A DNA stretch of 37,167 bases from Vicinamibacteria bacterium (GCA_025923995.1 JAICEW010000018.1:1-37167); one strand, 5' to 3'; shown: positions 7,801 through 17,585, counted from the first letter of the stretch. Translations and numbers: made by a program. Notes: generated by a model from the sequence alone, not told the origin.

Positions 7801-8646
7801 CTACTGGCCGGCGATTCCGCGGTTGACCAGCACCTTCGCGACCACCCGGCGGTTCTGGGCCCGGCCCGCGGAGGTCTCGTTGGACGCGGCCGGCTGGGCC
7901 GTGCTCATCGCGCCCGGCGCGAGCATCCGGTGGAAGGGGATGCCGCCGTTCTGCGCCAGCCAGTTGACGACGGCCTGGCTGCGCTCCAGGCTGAGCTTCT
8001 GGTTGACGTCCGCGCTGCCCGAGGCGTCGGCGTACCCCTCGACGCCGATCATGTAGCCCGGCAGCTCCTTCGCCCTGGCGGCGATCCGCGCCAGCTCGCT
8101 CGCGCCCTCCTGCGAGAGGGCCGCGCTGCCGACCTCGAAGTAGACCGTCCCTTCCGCGAGGACGTCGTAGTCTCCCAGCTGTCCGAAGCGCCGTGTCAGC
8201 TCGGCCTGCTCGCCCTGGACCTGACCGATCGCCTGCTTGTTGGCGTCGACCTGGCCCTGGGTCTCCGCCAGGCCGGCCTGGATGGCGCGCGCCGTCTTCA
8301 GGTCCTGCGAGGCGAAGCGGACCTTGGTCGCGATGAGCTGGCCGTGGTCGTCGCCCACGCCTTCCACCTCGACCCGCAGGCCGGGGATCAGCGCCGTCGC
8401 CGCGGCGCCCTCCTTGAGGATACCCAGCCGTCCCTTCTTGACCTTGACGTCCGTGCTGGCGGTGAGCCTGGCGACGACGGTCCCCATCTCGTTCTTGAGG
8501 GTCATGCTCTCGCCGGCACGGGAGGTGATCACGCCGTCGATCTTCGTCTTCTGGCCGAGCGGGATCTCGCGGGCGAACGTCAGCGGCGCCGCCGACAGCA
8601 CCAGCGAGACGGCGAGGGATTGCGCGCGAAGCGGGATCAGCTTCAT
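7801..8646 (-). CDS. OmpA-family protein (C-terminal OmpA-like peptidoglycan-binding domain), signal peptide
   Basis: The C-terminal domain carries the OmpA_C hallmark (...GYADASGSADVNQKLSLERSQAVVNWL...). The N-terminal signal is MKLIPLRAQSLAVSLVLSAAPLTFA. Confidence 0.85.
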   Translation of the reverse strand: MKLIPLRAQSLAVSLVLSAAPLTFAREIPLGQKTKIDGVITSRAGESMTLKNEMGTVVARLTASTDVKVKKGRLGILKEGAAATALIPGLRVEVEGVGDDHGQLIATKVRFASQDLKTARAIQAGLAETQGQVDANKQAIGQVQGEQAELTRRFGQLGDYDVLAEGTVYFEVGSAALSQEGASELARIAARAKELPGYMIGVEGYADASGSADVNQKLSLERSQAVVNWLAQNGGIPFHRMLAPGAMSTAQPAASNETSAGRAQNRRVVAKVLVNRGIAGQ

Positions 8647-8686
8647 GTCCGCAATGGTACGCCCGGATGGGAGCGGACGATGCCGG

Positions 8687-10357
8687 CTAATGCGCCGCCA
8701 CCGCCTCGACCTTCGCGCGTCCGAGGACGCGGGCGTCGAAAGCCAGCGCGAAGTCGCCGCCGCCCTGGGTCACCTTGAAGAGGACCTCGTTGCGGCCGGC
8801 CGCGAGCGGCAGCTCCAGCTCGTCCTCGCCCTTGCGCAGCGCCCGCATGACGTCGCGCGCGAACACGCGCCGGCCGCCCAGGAACACGGCCAGGCCGTCG
8901 TCGCTGCCCATCGAAAGGTGCAGCGTCGTCGCCCGGTCGGCCTGGAGCACGACGCGCGCGTACGCGACGACGTAGGAGCCGGTGAGTCGCGCGCCGATGT
9001 CGACGACGCCGTCGACGAGCGGCGCGCTCGTCCACGCGACGGTCGCAGGGTGGGTCTCCGGCGGCTGGGGCGTGTCGAAGGTGACGAGCGGGTAGGTGGG
9101 CGACAGCTCGACCGAGCCGAGGGCGACCACGCCGCCCTGCGGCCGCAGCGCCACGCGATAGGTGCCGGGCCTGGCCAGCGTCCGCAGGGAGCGGCCCAGC
9201 TCGTCGGCGTACGCGCGCTGCGCGCGTGCGTGGGCCTCGAAGGTGGGGAGGGACGGCATCATGAAGGCCGGCTTCTGCAGGCCCATCACGCGCCAGGCGT
9301 CGAAGTGCTGCTTCCAGCGGAACTGCGCGGCCTCCCACAGCGTCCGGCCCGCCACGGTCCAGGCCGCGCCGTCGAGCAGCGCCAGGTCGACGCCGCGGGC
9401 CAGCTCGTCCCTCGTGAACGTGCCGGCGGTCCTGCCGTCGACCGACAGCACGAGCGGGTCGTCGCCCGGACCGGGCGTCACCTGCAGGCGGAAGCGGTTC
9501 AGCTCGTCCTGGAGCGGAACGAGGCCGAGCGCCGGCCGCGCTTCCGGGGGGACGTAGAACGGCAGGAAGGGAAGTGTCAGGTCGAAGCGGACCTCTCCGT
9601 CGGCCGCGGCCACGTTGGCGGCAGTGACGCCCTGCGCGCGCACGCGGGCGCCGTCGACGACGATCGAGCCGACCTCGCGCGGGGCGTCGATGCGGCGCAG
9701 CGCGAGGTACGCCATCACCAGGTGGCCGGCCGCGTCGGGATGGATCGCGTCGGGGATCATCGTGAAGCGGGCCTCCTTCGCCTGCGCGCGGCGCTGCACG
9801 TCGAGCATCGGCTGGAACAGGTCGATGAGCGGCAGCCCGCGCTCGGCGGCGAGCCCGGCCAGGCCGCGCGCCATGCGCGCCAGCGTCTCGTTGTAGACCC
9901 CGTCGTCCTTGCGCAGCACGTCGTCCACCGGCGAGGTCGTGAACAGGACCTCTCGCGCGCCGGCGGCCCGGATGGTGTCGGCCAGGGCGCGCTGGCCGTC
10001 GAGGTAGCTGCGGTACGTGGTCTCGTCGTATGCCTTGTACCCGCCGTCGTTCATCCCGAAGTTGACGAACACGAGCGACGGGCGCACGGGGCCCACGTCC
10101 CTCGCGTATCGCTTGTGGCCGCCCGCGGCCGTGTCGCCGCTCCAGCCCAGGTTGAAGACCGCGAGGTCCCTGGCCGGGAAGCGCGAGAGCAGGAAGGTCT
10201 CGAGGTAGGCGGTGTAGAGGTTCTGCTCGGTGATCGAGTCGCCGTAGAAGACGATCGTCTCGCGGTCCTGCAGGCGGATCGGCGGGGCCGGCTCGTCGGC
10301 CCACGTGTTCGCACCGGACGCACCGAGCAGCAGTCCCCAGACGATCGCGACGCGCAT
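8687..10357 (-). CDS. SGNH/GDSL-family hydrolase (esterase/lipase) with a C-terminal extension, secreted
   Basis: SGNH blocks are present: FYGDSITE (block I), FVNFGMNDG (block III), DAIHPD (block V). ATG at 10357 is preceded by AGGAGG at 5-nt spacing. The signal peptide is MRVAIVWGLLLGASGANTWA. Confidence 0.8.
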   Translation of the reverse strand: MRVAIVWGLLLGASGANTWADEPAPPIRLQDRETIVFYGDSITEQNLYTAYLETFLLSRFPARDLAVFNLGWSGDTAAGGHKRYARDVGPVRPSLVFVNFGMNDGGYKAYDETTYRSYLDGQRALADTIRAAGAREVLFTTSPVDDVLRKDDGVYNETLARMARGLAGLAAERGLPLIDLFQPMLDVQRRAQAKEARFTMIPDAIHPDAAGHLVMAYLALRRIDAPREVGSIVVDGARVRAQGVTAANVAAADGEVRFDLTLPFLPFYVPPEARPALGLVPLQDELNRFRLQVTPGPGDDPLVLSVDGRTAGTFTRDELARGVDLALLDGAAWTVAGRTLWEAAQFRWKQHFDAWRVMGLQKPAFMMPSLPTFEAHARAQRAYADELGRSLRTLARPGTYRVALRPQGGVVALGSVELSPTYPLVTFDTPQPPETHPATVAWTSAPLVDGVVDIGARLTGSYVVAYARVVLQADRATTLHLSMGSDDGLAVFLGGRRVFARDVMRALRKGEDELELPLAAGRNEVLFKVTQGGGDFALAFDARVLGRAKVEAVAAH

Positions 10358-10434
10358 CCTCACCTCCTGACGCCCGCGCATTCTATGTTGTCGGGCGGGT
10401 CCGCGTTCCTCGCGCAACTCGTTGAAGTAGAGTG

Positions 10435-13020
10435 ATGGCCTTCGGTCAGAGGAGAGGGATCGTGAGCCATCGCAGCCGTGCCCTGCTCGTGGCCTTGCTG
10501 GCAGCGTCTCCCGCCGCGGCTCAGCCCACCGCGCAGGGCGTCGGGCCGGAGCGCAGGACGATCGTCGCGGGCGAGCGCTACCGCCGGAGCGGCTTCTACC
10601 GCCTGCTCTTCGGCGCGGACTATCGCGACCTGTGGACGACGCCGGTCTCGCTGCCCGTCCTGGACCTGCGGACGTTCGCGGGAGGCCTCGAGCCGGTGAG
10701 GATCGTGGGGCACGGGCAGAGCAAGGGGCTGGCGCTCAAGGGCGCGGACGGGCGGTCCTACACGTTCCGGCCCATCCTCAAGGACGCGTCCGGGCTGCTG
10801 CCCGTCGAGCTGCGGGAGTCGAAGGCGCGGGACTTCGTACAGGACCAGATGGCGTCGGGCCATCCGGCGGGGCACGTGCAGGTGGGCCCGCTGCTCGACG
10901 CCGTGGGCATCCTCCACAACGACCCGCAGCTCGTGATCATGCCGGACTCGGACGCGCTCGGCACGTTCCGCAAGGACTTCGCAGGCGTGCCGGGGGACAT
11001 CGAGGAGTTCACGGGCACCCCCGGCTTCAGGGGCACGCTGGAGACGCTCGACGGCGAGGGCATGTGGAAGCGCCTGCGCGAGAGCCCCGAGGTCCGCCCG
11101 GACGCGCGCGCCTACCTGAAGGCGCGGCTCATCGACCAGCTCATCGGGGACTGGGACCGCCATCGCAACCAGTGGCGGTGGGCGCGCGTCACCGGCCAGC
11201 CGCGCTGGCAGCCGATCCCGGAGGACCGCGACCAGGCGTTCGTGCGCTTCGAAGGGCTCGCCATCCGGAACCTGCGCCCGACGCTGCCCCTCCTCGTCAA
11301 GTTCGGCGACGACTACTCGAGCCTGCACGGCCTGACGTTCGACGGGTGGGACGTGGACAAGCGCATCCTGGCCGAGCTGGACAGGCCGGCCTGGGACGAG
11401 GTGTCGCGCGAGGTCCAGGCCGCCCTCACCGACCCCGTCCTGGAGTCGGCCGCGGGCCGCATGCCGCCGGAGTACTTCGCCAAGGACGGAGCGCGGCTGC
11501 TGCGCGGGCTCAAGAGCCGCCGGGCCAGGCTCACGGAACAGGCGTCGGACTTCTACGAGTTCATCAACGGGGCCGTGGACGTCCACTGCACGGACCAGGG
11601 CGAAGAGGTCGCCGCGCGGCGGCAGCCCAACGGCGACCTGGAGGTCGCAGTCGCGGTCGGCGGCGCGGAGCCCTACTTCCGCCGGCTGTTCCGCGAGTCC
11701 GAGACGGGCGAGGTGCGGGTGTATCTCCTCGGCGGCGACGATCGCGTCGTCGTCACCGGGGGCCGCCACGGCGGCGTGCTCCTGCGCGTGATCGGAGGCG
11801 CCGGCCGAGACGTGCTCGACGACACGCAGGGCGGAGGGACGCGCTTCTCCAGCGCTGACGCGGACGACCAGGTGAACGCGGGGCCCGGAACACACTGGGA
11901 CCGCGACGAGTACGTCCCGCCGAAGAACAAGAGTGCTTCGTGGATCCCACCCAAGGACTGGGGGCGGCACACGTTCCCGGCCTTCCGCCTCACGTACGAT
12001 CCCGATCTGGGCGCGCTGCTGAGCGCGAGCCTGCACACGACCGGCCTCGGGTTCCGCCGCGATCCCTTCGCGGACAAGCAGACCATCCGCGCCACCTACG
12101 CCGCGCAGGAGAACGCGTTCCGCTTCAGCTACGACGGCGAGTTCCGCTTCGAGAACAGCAAGCGCCGCGCCGACGTGCTGGCGCTCGCCTCCGGCCTCGA
12201 GATCCAGCGCTTCTTCGGCTTCGGCAACGACACCGGGATCGTGGGCGATCCCGACGACTACGAGGTGAGGGTGCGCCAGTACGCGCTCGCGCCGCGGCTG
12301 ATGTGGGGCCTGGGCCGCAAGGCCGAAGCGTGGCTGGGGGCCATCGCCAAGTACACCGACTCGGACACCGAGGGTCATCCCGTGCTCGGCACGCCGGACG
12401 TCTACGGCGAGGGGCAGTTCGGGCAGGTCGGCGCGGTCGCGGGGCTGGAGGTCGACACCACCGACGACCTGGCGCTGCCCACCCGCGGCGTGCGCCTGGA
12501 CCTGGTGGGGACCGTGTATCCCGAGGTGTGGGACGCGGAGAGCACCTTCGGCAAGCTCTTCGCGGAGGCCGAGGTCTTCGTGGCTCCGAGCGAGGGATGG
12601 CAGCCCACCCTGGTGCTGGCCGCGGGAGGCCAGAAGGTGTTCGGCGACGCGCCGTTCTTCGAGGCCGCGATGCTGGGCGGCCGCTCGCGCCTCGGCCGCT
12701 ACGACCCGACGGGGCAGGGCGCGGTGCGCGGGCTCCGGCCCCAGCGTTACGCCGGCGAGAGCCTGCTGTACGGCCGCGCCGACCTGTACCTGCCGCTCAC
12801 GCGCGCGTCGTTCCTCGGCATCCCGCTGCAGCTCGGCGCGCAGGGCTTCGCCGATGTCGGCCGCGTGTACCTGGAGGGGGAGTCGTCGGACACCTGGCAC
12901 CAGGGCTACGGCGGCGGCCCGTACTTCGCGTCGCCCGGCCGGCGCAACATCCTGAGCCTGCTCTTCGCGCGGTCCGAGGGCCGCACGGCCTTCTACCTGC
13001 GAACGGGCTTCGCGTTCTAG
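10435..13020 (+). CDS. Large outer-membrane beta-barrel protein (Omp85/surface-antigen-like C-terminus), signal peptide
   Basis: The 861-aa ORF carries a signal peptide (ALLVALLAASPAAAQ). The C-terminal half is Gly/Tyr/Phe-rich and ends ...LRTGFAF, the terminal-Phe beta-barrel signature. Confidence 0.65.
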   Translation: MAFGQRRGIVSHRSRALLVALLAASPAAAQPTAQGVGPERRTIVAGERYRRSGFYRLLFGADYRDLWTTPVSLPVLDLRTFAGGLEPVRIVGHGQSKGLALKGADGRSYTFRPILKDASGLLPVELRESKARDFVQDQMASGHPAGHVQVGPLLDAVGILHNDPQLVIMPDSDALGTFRKDFAGVPGDIEEFTGTPGFRGTLETLDGEGMWKRLRESPEVRPDARAYLKARLIDQLIGDWDRHRNQWRWARVTGQPRWQPIPEDRDQAFVRFEGLAIRNLRPTLPLLVKFGDDYSSLHGLTFDGWDVDKRILAELDRPAWDEVSREVQAALTDPVLESAAGRMPPEYFAKDGARLLRGLKSRRARLTEQASDFYEFINGAVDVHCTDQGEEVAARRQPNGDLEVAVAVGGAEPYFRRLFRESETGEVRVYLLGGDDRVVVTGGRHGGVLLRVIGGAGRDVLDDTQGGGTRFSSADADDQVNAGPGTHWDRDEYVPPKNKSASWIPPKDWGRHTFPAFRLTYDPDLGALLSASLHTTGLGFRRDPFADKQTIRATYAAQENAFRFSYDGEFRFENSKRRADVLALASGLEIQRFFGFGNDTGIVGDPDDYEVRVRQYALAPRLMWGLGRKAEAWLGAIAKYTDSDTEGHPVLGTPDVYGEGQFGQVGAVAGLEVDTTDDLALPTRGVRLDLVGTVYPEVWDAESTFGKLFAEAEVFVAPSEGWQPTLVLAAGGQKVFGDAPFFEAAMLGGRSRLGRYDPTGQGAVRGLRPQRYAGESLLYGRADLYLPLTRASFLGIPLQLGAQGFADVGRVYLEGESSDTWHQGYGGGPYFASPGRRNILSLLFARSEGRTAFYLRTGFAF

Positions 13021-13060
13021 TCTCGACCCGTCGTCGGGACGGTCGGCTAGACTCGCGGCC

Positions 13061-13900
13061 ATGAGACATTCCGCCCTCTTGGCGCTCGTTCTGGCCCTCG
13101 CAGGCAGGTCCGCGCAGGCGGCCGAGCTCGAGCTGACCGGCTTCGTCGGGCTGACGCTGCCCTTCTACGAACAGACGTTCCCGATCGACCTGCGCCCGCC
13201 CGCGCAGCCCATCCAGGGCATCCAGATCCTGCAGGTCGAGCCGCTGCGCCTCAACGCGAAGGGGAGCTACACCTTCGCGGGCGCGGCCACGATCTACTTC
13301 GGCGCGCTCGGCATCGAAGGCCGCTACGACTCGGCCGACGCGGACCTGACCGCCGATCCGCCGGTATACTCGATCCGGCTTTCGAGCCCGTTCCCGAGCT
13401 TCACCACGAACCTCCAGCCCGCCCCGACGGTCGTGTCCCTCGCCGCCCTCACGCCGCTCTCGCTGAACCTGAAGATCCGCACCTCGGGTGCCGTCCGGTT
13501 CTTCGTCTCGGGCGGCATCAGCTACCTGCCCGACTTCCAGCTCGCGGTGCGCCAGCCGCTGAACCTGCGCTTCGCCGGAGTCGGCCTCCCGCCCGGATTC
13601 GACCTGGGCACGCTCACGGCGGAAGCGATCTCGCGGCCGGACGATCCCGAGGAGGGCAGCCGGCTCGGGGGCAACGGAGGGCTCGGCCTGCAGGTCGGGC
13701 TGGGCGAGCACCTGGCGCTCGTGGGCGACGCGCGGGCCTTCTACTTCCCGAAGCAGGTGCTCGAGTGGCGCGTCACCCAGACGGGCGGCGCCGTCGCGCT
13801 GCCGCCCGCGCTCGTCCAGTCGATCGAGCAGCAGCTGGAGCCGGTGCGGTTCAACCCCGCGTACTTCCACCTGCAGGGCGGGCTGGCGCTGTCTTTCTAG
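13061..13900 (+). CDS. Small outer-membrane beta-barrel protein (OmpW/OmpA-barrel-like), signal peptide
   Basis: The signal peptide is MRHSALLALVLALAGRSAQA. Alternating hydrophobic beta-strands end in ...GGLALSF. The stop codon overlaps the convergent regulator gene's stop. Confidence 0.65.
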   Translation: MRHSALLALVLALAGRSAQAAELELTGFVGLTLPFYEQTFPIDLRPPAQPIQGIQILQVEPLRLNAKGSYTFAGAATIYFGALGIEGRYDSADADLTADPPVYSIRLSSPFPSFTTNLQPAPTVVSLAALTPLSLNLKIRTSGAVRFFVSGGISYLPDFQLAVRQPLNLRFAGVGLPPGFDLGTLTAEAISRPDDPEEGSRLGGNGGLGLQVGLGEHLALVGDARAFYFPKQVLEWRVTQTGGAVALPPALVQSIEQQLEPVRFNPAYFHLQGGLALSF

Positions 13901-14583
13901 GCGCGGGTCAGCTCCTCGAGGGCCGCGCGGTCGGCGAGGACGAACCCGTCCTTCTCGGTCTCGAGGATGCCTTCCTTGCCCCAGCGGCTCATCAGGCGGA
14001 TGCAGGTCTCGATGGTCGTGCCGGTGAGGTCGGCCAGCTCCTGCCGGGTGAGGACCATCGGGATGAAGACCGCTCCCTCGCGTGCTCGACCCACCCGGTC
14101 CGCGAGCTTCAGGAACAGGTGCGCGAAGCGGGTCTCCACGCGCGCGCCCGCGACCTCCGGGATCCGCTGCGCCAGCTCGACGATGCGCCTCGTGAACGCG
14201 GACAGCAGGCCGCGCACGAGGGACGGGTGCTTCTCGAGCAGCGCGAAGAGCGGGCCGCGGCGGACGAGGAGGCAGGTCGTGCGGTCGAGCGCGATCGCGC
14301 TCGCCGGGAAGGGCCGGCCCTCGTAGGCCACGACCGCGCCCACGGGATCGCCCGGCCCGAAGATCTCGAGGATCACTTCCTTTCCGGACGGCTGCAGCTT
14401 CACCACCTTGACGCGGCCGGTGAGGACGGTGAGCAGGAAGTCGGAGGGGTCGCCTTCATTGAAGATGACCTCCCCCTTGTCCCACGACTTCACCAGCGCG
14501 ACTTCCGCCAGGCGCCGGCGGTCGTCGTCGGAAAGGCCGCGGTAGAGGGACGCGGTCCGGAGCGCCTCGCCGACGGGGTTCAA
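13897..14583 (-). CDS. Crp/Fnr-family transcriptional regulator (cNMP-binding domain plus C-terminal HTH; no N-terminal Cys cluster, so Dnr/NnrR/Nss-like rather than Fnr proper)
   Basis: The cNMP-binding fold and HTH (ELADLTGTTIETCIRLMSRWGKEGIL, with E..R in the recognition helix) are present. TTG start lies 18 bp downstream of the FGE-like gene stop, so it is probably co-transcribed with the nos operon. Confidence 0.8.
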   Translation of the reverse strand: MNPVGEALRTASLYRGLSDDDRRRLAEVALVKSWDKGEVIFNEGDPSDFLLTVLTGRVKVVKLQPSGKEVILEIFGPGDPVGAVVAYEGRPFPASAIALDRTTCLLVRRGPLFALLEKHPSLVRGLLSAFTRRIVELAQRIPEVAGARVETRFAHLFLKLADRVGRAREGAVFIPMVLTRQELADLTGTTIETCIRLMSRWGKEGILETEKDGFVLADRAALEELTRA

Positions 14584-14600
14584 GATGGGTCGATCTTACG

Positions 14601-15809
14601 CTATGGCCGGACCGTCCCTCCGCCCAGGATCGCGGCCACCCTGAAGCCGAGGTCGTCGCTGCTGAGCTGGGGCTGGAACTCCTCGCGGTAGGCGAGCTGG
14701 AGCCGCACGGCGCTCGCGCTGTACCACGAGCCGCCACGCGTCACGCGCATGCCGGGAAGGGCGTCCAGGTTGCGGGCGTCCTCGCGGTAGGGGTTCTTCG
14801 CGTTGTAGGGACGGAACAGCGACTGCGTCCATTCGCGCGCGTTGCCGGACGCGTGGAACACGCCGTACCGGTTGGGCCGGTAGCCGTGTGCCGTCGCCTC
14901 GAGCCCGACCAGCGTGGTGGCGGCGCCGGGGTTCTTGCGCCAGTTGTACTGCCCGGCCTCCCGCTCGCTCAGCTCCATCCCGATCCCGTAGTCGAAGCCG
15001 TCGGGGCCGCGCGCGGCCTTCTCCCACTCGGCCTCGGTCGGCATGCGGTAGAGCCAGCGCCCGTCACCGAGCCGGCGGGTCAGCCACCGGCAGTAGGCGT
15101 TCGCCTCGTACCAGTTCACGAGCACGACGGGCAGGTCGTCGCGCCCGAAGCGCGCGTAACGGGGATGTGAGGGAACGAGGCGCGCCGTCGCCTCCGAGAG
15201 GCCGTGCGACCGCCAGGCCCAGCCGGCGTCCGTCCAGCTCGAGCGATCGCCGTACCCGCGCGGGTCGGCCAGGAACGCGCGGAACTCGCGGTTCGTCACC
15301 TCGAACGCGGCCAGGTGGAACGACGGCACCCAGACGGCGTGCGGATGGCCCGGGTTGTGGCGATCGCCCATGGTGAAGGAGCCGCCGGGCACGAAGACGA
15401 ACCCCGGCGCACGATCGTCGAGACGCGCCGGCCGCTCGGACGCGACCCGGCGCACGGTCACGGGCCAGGCGTCGCCACCGTCGGGCGGCTCGGCCTCGGG
15501 GCCCGACGTCACCGGGAAGAGCTGCCGCTCGCCCGCGAGCTCGGCTTCGACGAAGTAGCGTCCGGGCGGCAGCCAGGACGCGTCGCCCTCGAGCGGCACC
15601 GGCTGCGCGTCCTCGAGCGTGGCTCCCGTCCGGCGCAGCGACACCGAGGCGCCCGCCGGGTTGACGATCCGCAGCTGGATCTCGCCGCGCGCCGAGTGAC
15701 GCGACCGCAGCGCCCCTGCCAGCTCGCGACGGGCGTACGCTCCCGCGCCGGAGAGGAGCGCGACGGTGGCGGCCGCCGCTGCCGCCACCGCCCAGAGGCG
15801 CCAGCGCAC
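14601..15809 (-). CDS. FGE-sulfatase (SUMF1/DUF323) domain protein, NirV-like, with N-terminal signal/anchor
   Basis: SUMF1 motifs are present (FVFVPGGSFTMGD, NWYEANAYCRWL, RMPTEAEWEKAARG, RGGSWYS). There is only one Cys, so the catalytic Cys pair of true formylglycine-generating enzymes is absent. GTG start sits 13 nt after the fasciclin gene stop. Confidence 0.8.
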   Translation of the reverse strand: MRWRLWAVAAAAAATVALLSGAGAYARRELAGALRSRHSARGEIQLRIVNPAGASVSLRRTGATLEDAQPVPLEGDASWLPPGRYFVEAELAGERQLFPVTSGPEAEPPDGGDAWPVTVRRVASERPARLDDRAPGFVFVPGGSFTMGDRHNPGHPHAVWVPSFHLAAFEVTNREFRAFLADPRGYGDRSSWTDAGWAWRSHGLSEATARLVPSHPRYARFGRDDLPVVLVNWYEANAYCRWLTRRLGDGRWLYRMPTEAEWEKAARGPDGFDYGIGMELSEREAGQYNWRKNPGAATTLVGLEATAHGYRPNRYGVFHASGNAREWTQSLFRPYNAKNPYREDARNLDALPGMRVTRGGSWYSASAVRLQLAYREEFQPQLSSDDLGFRVAAILGGGTVRP

Positions 15810-15821
15810 GAGGACAGCCCC

Positions 15822-16298
15822 CTACTGGGGCGGCAGCAGGACGGTGTCGATGGCGTGGACCATTCCGTTGGTGCAATCGATGTTCGCCTTGACCACCTTC
15901 GCGCCGTTCACGGAGACGGCGGCGCCCGTGACCGCGAAGGTCACCGGCTTGCCCTGTGCCGTGCCCGTCTGCTTCACCAGCTTGAAGTCGTCGGTGGTCC
16001 ACTTCGACGTGAGGACGTGGTACTTCAGGACCTCCTGCAGCTTCGCCTTGTCCTTGGCCAGGCCGGCGAGCACCTCCTTCGGGACCTTGGCGAACGCCTC
16101 GTCGGTGGGCGCGAACACCGTGTAGGGCCCCGGCCCCTTCATCACGCCGACGAGGTCGGCGTCCGTCAGCAGCTGCGCGAGCGTCTTGAAGCTGCCGGCC
16201 GCGACCGCGGTGTCCACGATGTCCTTCGGCTGGGCGAGGGCCGGCCGCGCGAGCGCCACGAACGCGGCGACGGCCCACAGGCACGAACGAGTCGTCAT
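15822..16298 (-). CDS. Fasciclin (FAS1) domain protein, secreted
   Basis: The FAS1 signature is present (YTVFAPTDEAFAKVPKEVLAGL...KYHVL...NGMVHAIDTVLLP). AAGGAGG lies 4 nt upstream of the ATG, and the signal peptide is recognisable. Confidence 0.85.
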   Translation of the reverse strand: MTTRSCLWAVAAFVALARPALAQPKDIVDTAVAAGSFKTLAQLLTDADLVGVMKGPGPYTVFAPTDEAFAKVPKEVLAGLAKDKAKLQEVLKYHVLTSKWTTDDFKLVKQTGTAQGKPVTFAVTGAAVSVNGAKVVKANIDCTNGMVHAIDTVLLPPQ

Positions 16299-16323
16299 GG
16301 GACCTCCTTGGCGATGCGTCGTC

Positions 16324-17154
16324 CTAGAGATCGGCCCGGCGCAGCCGCCGCAGGGCCAGCCACGCCGGTGCCGCGAGCCAGAAGAGCAGGGACAGGCCGA
16401 TCACGACTCCCGCCCCGCGGGGACCGCCCGTGAAGCGGAACAGGGCGAGCGAGGCCGCGCCGAAGGCGCCGGTGCCCTCGATCCCGAGCAGCGCTCCCGT
16501 CCGCACGGCGGCCAGCGGGTTCACGACGGCCGCGACCATCAGCACACGCGACGCCGTGCCCGAGGGCAGCAGCGACGCCGCGCCCAGCGCGAGCAGGTCG
16601 AGGAACACGACCGCCACGAACCAGACCACGAGCGCCAGCGCCAGCGCGCGCGTCCGCTTGCGTCCCACGGAGCTGGCCGAGAGGAGCGCGGCCAGGCCCA
16701 GGAAGATCGCGGTCGTGACGAGCGAAGCCAGCACGAGCAGGAGGAAGCCGCCCAGCCCCTCCGCTCCCGACTGCGCGTAGACGACCATCCCGGCCGCGCC
16801 GAAGCCGACGGCCTGGGCGGCGCCCAGCGCCTGGAGCAGGCCCAGAAGCTTGCCGAACAGGATCGTGCCGCGGGAGACCGGTTGCGAGAACGTGAGCTCG
16901 GCCGCGCCGCGCTCGGGTGCCAGGGAGAGCACCCCGATCACGAGCGCCGTGAGCGGCACGATGAGGAGCACGAGCTGGACGAGCGACACGGCCGTGCGCG
17001 CGAAGTCCTGCACGCCGTGGCCGCCCGAGAGGACGTACCCGGCTCCGGCGACCGCAAAGGCGAGGACGCCAAAGACGGCGGCGAAGATCTGGGTCCAGCG
17101 GGACCGGAGCGCCAGCACCAGCTCCTCGCGGGCGAACAGGGCGAGGTGGCTCAT
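16324..17154 (-). CDS. nosY: NosY, ABC-2 type permease of the NosDFY system
   Basis: It is a 276-aa polytopic membrane protein. Its ATG overlaps the nosL stop (ATGA), and it lies downstream of nosF and nosL. Confidence 0.8.
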   Translation of the reverse strand: MSHLALFAREELVLALRSRWTQIFAAVFGVLAFAVAGAGYVLSGGHGVQDFARTAVSLVQLVLLIVPLTALVIGVLSLAPERGAAELTFSQPVSRGTILFGKLLGLLQALGAAQAVGFGAAGMVVYAQSGAEGLGGFLLLVLASLVTTAIFLGLAALLSASSVGRKRTRALALALVVWFVAVVFLDLLALGAASLLPSGTASRVLMVAAVVNPLAAVRTGALLGIEGTGAFGAASLALFRFTGGPRGAGVVIGLSLLFWLAAPAWLALRRLRRADL

Positions 17155-17585
17155 CGTTCGCTCCCACCCGGGAACACCTCGGACCGCGCGACCGGTGTCC
17201 CTGCTCGCGCCGCCGGGTCCTGGTCCCTGGACGCCGCGTCCGCGTGCGCGATCAGGTGCGATCCCATCGGCGTGGCCAGTTCGGGCACGCGCGTATAGGT
17301 CGCGTCCTGGCCACGCACCCACGCACGCGTCCGATGGTCCGCGACGAACACGGCCGCGTGCTGCGGCGCTCGTCCCGCCTTCAGGTAGCCGGCCAGACAG
17401 CCCAGGTCGTCGAAGAACCGGGGCACCTCGCCCGGGGCCACGATCTGCGCGGCGAAGCGTGCTTCCGACACCGCCATGCGGCAGGCGGCGCAAGCCTCCT
17501 GGCGCGTGTCGAGCGGTGCCGGCTCGAGCGCCCCGCCCGCGCAGCCGGCCAGCACGATCAGGAGCGCCAGGGTCGCCCCTCTCAT
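17151..17585 (-). CDS. nosL: NosL, copper-chaperone lipoprotein for N2O reductase
   Basis: The lipobox LLIVLAGC is followed by the NosL-like motif EACAACRM...AAQIV...RFFDDLGC. AGGAG lies 7 nt upstream of the ATG. The ATG overlaps the nosF stop, and the nosL stop overlaps the nosY ATG. Confidence 0.75.
   Translation of the reverse strand: MRGATLALLIVLAGCAGGALEPAPLDTRQEACAACRMAVSEARFAAQIVAPGEVPRFFDDLGCLAGYLKAGRAPQHAAVFVADHRTRAWVRGQDATYTRVPELATPMGSHLIAHADAASRDQDPAARAGTPVARSEVFPGGSER

Noticed and set aside
16324-17493. Longer 389-aa version of nosY starting at 17493
   Set aside because: The extra N-terminus is Arg/Gly-rich nonsense that overlaps nosL in another frame. The ATG at 17154 has a GGGAG RBS and is translationally coupled to nosL.
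17155-17581. Apparent 430-bp non-coding gap between nosF and nosY, and an apparently missing nosL
   Set aside because: Re-reading the minus strand shows that a 144-aa lipoprotein with NosL motifs (lipobox LAGC; CAACRM; FFDDLGC) fills the gap exactly (17151..17585). nosL is therefore present, just in an unusual position.
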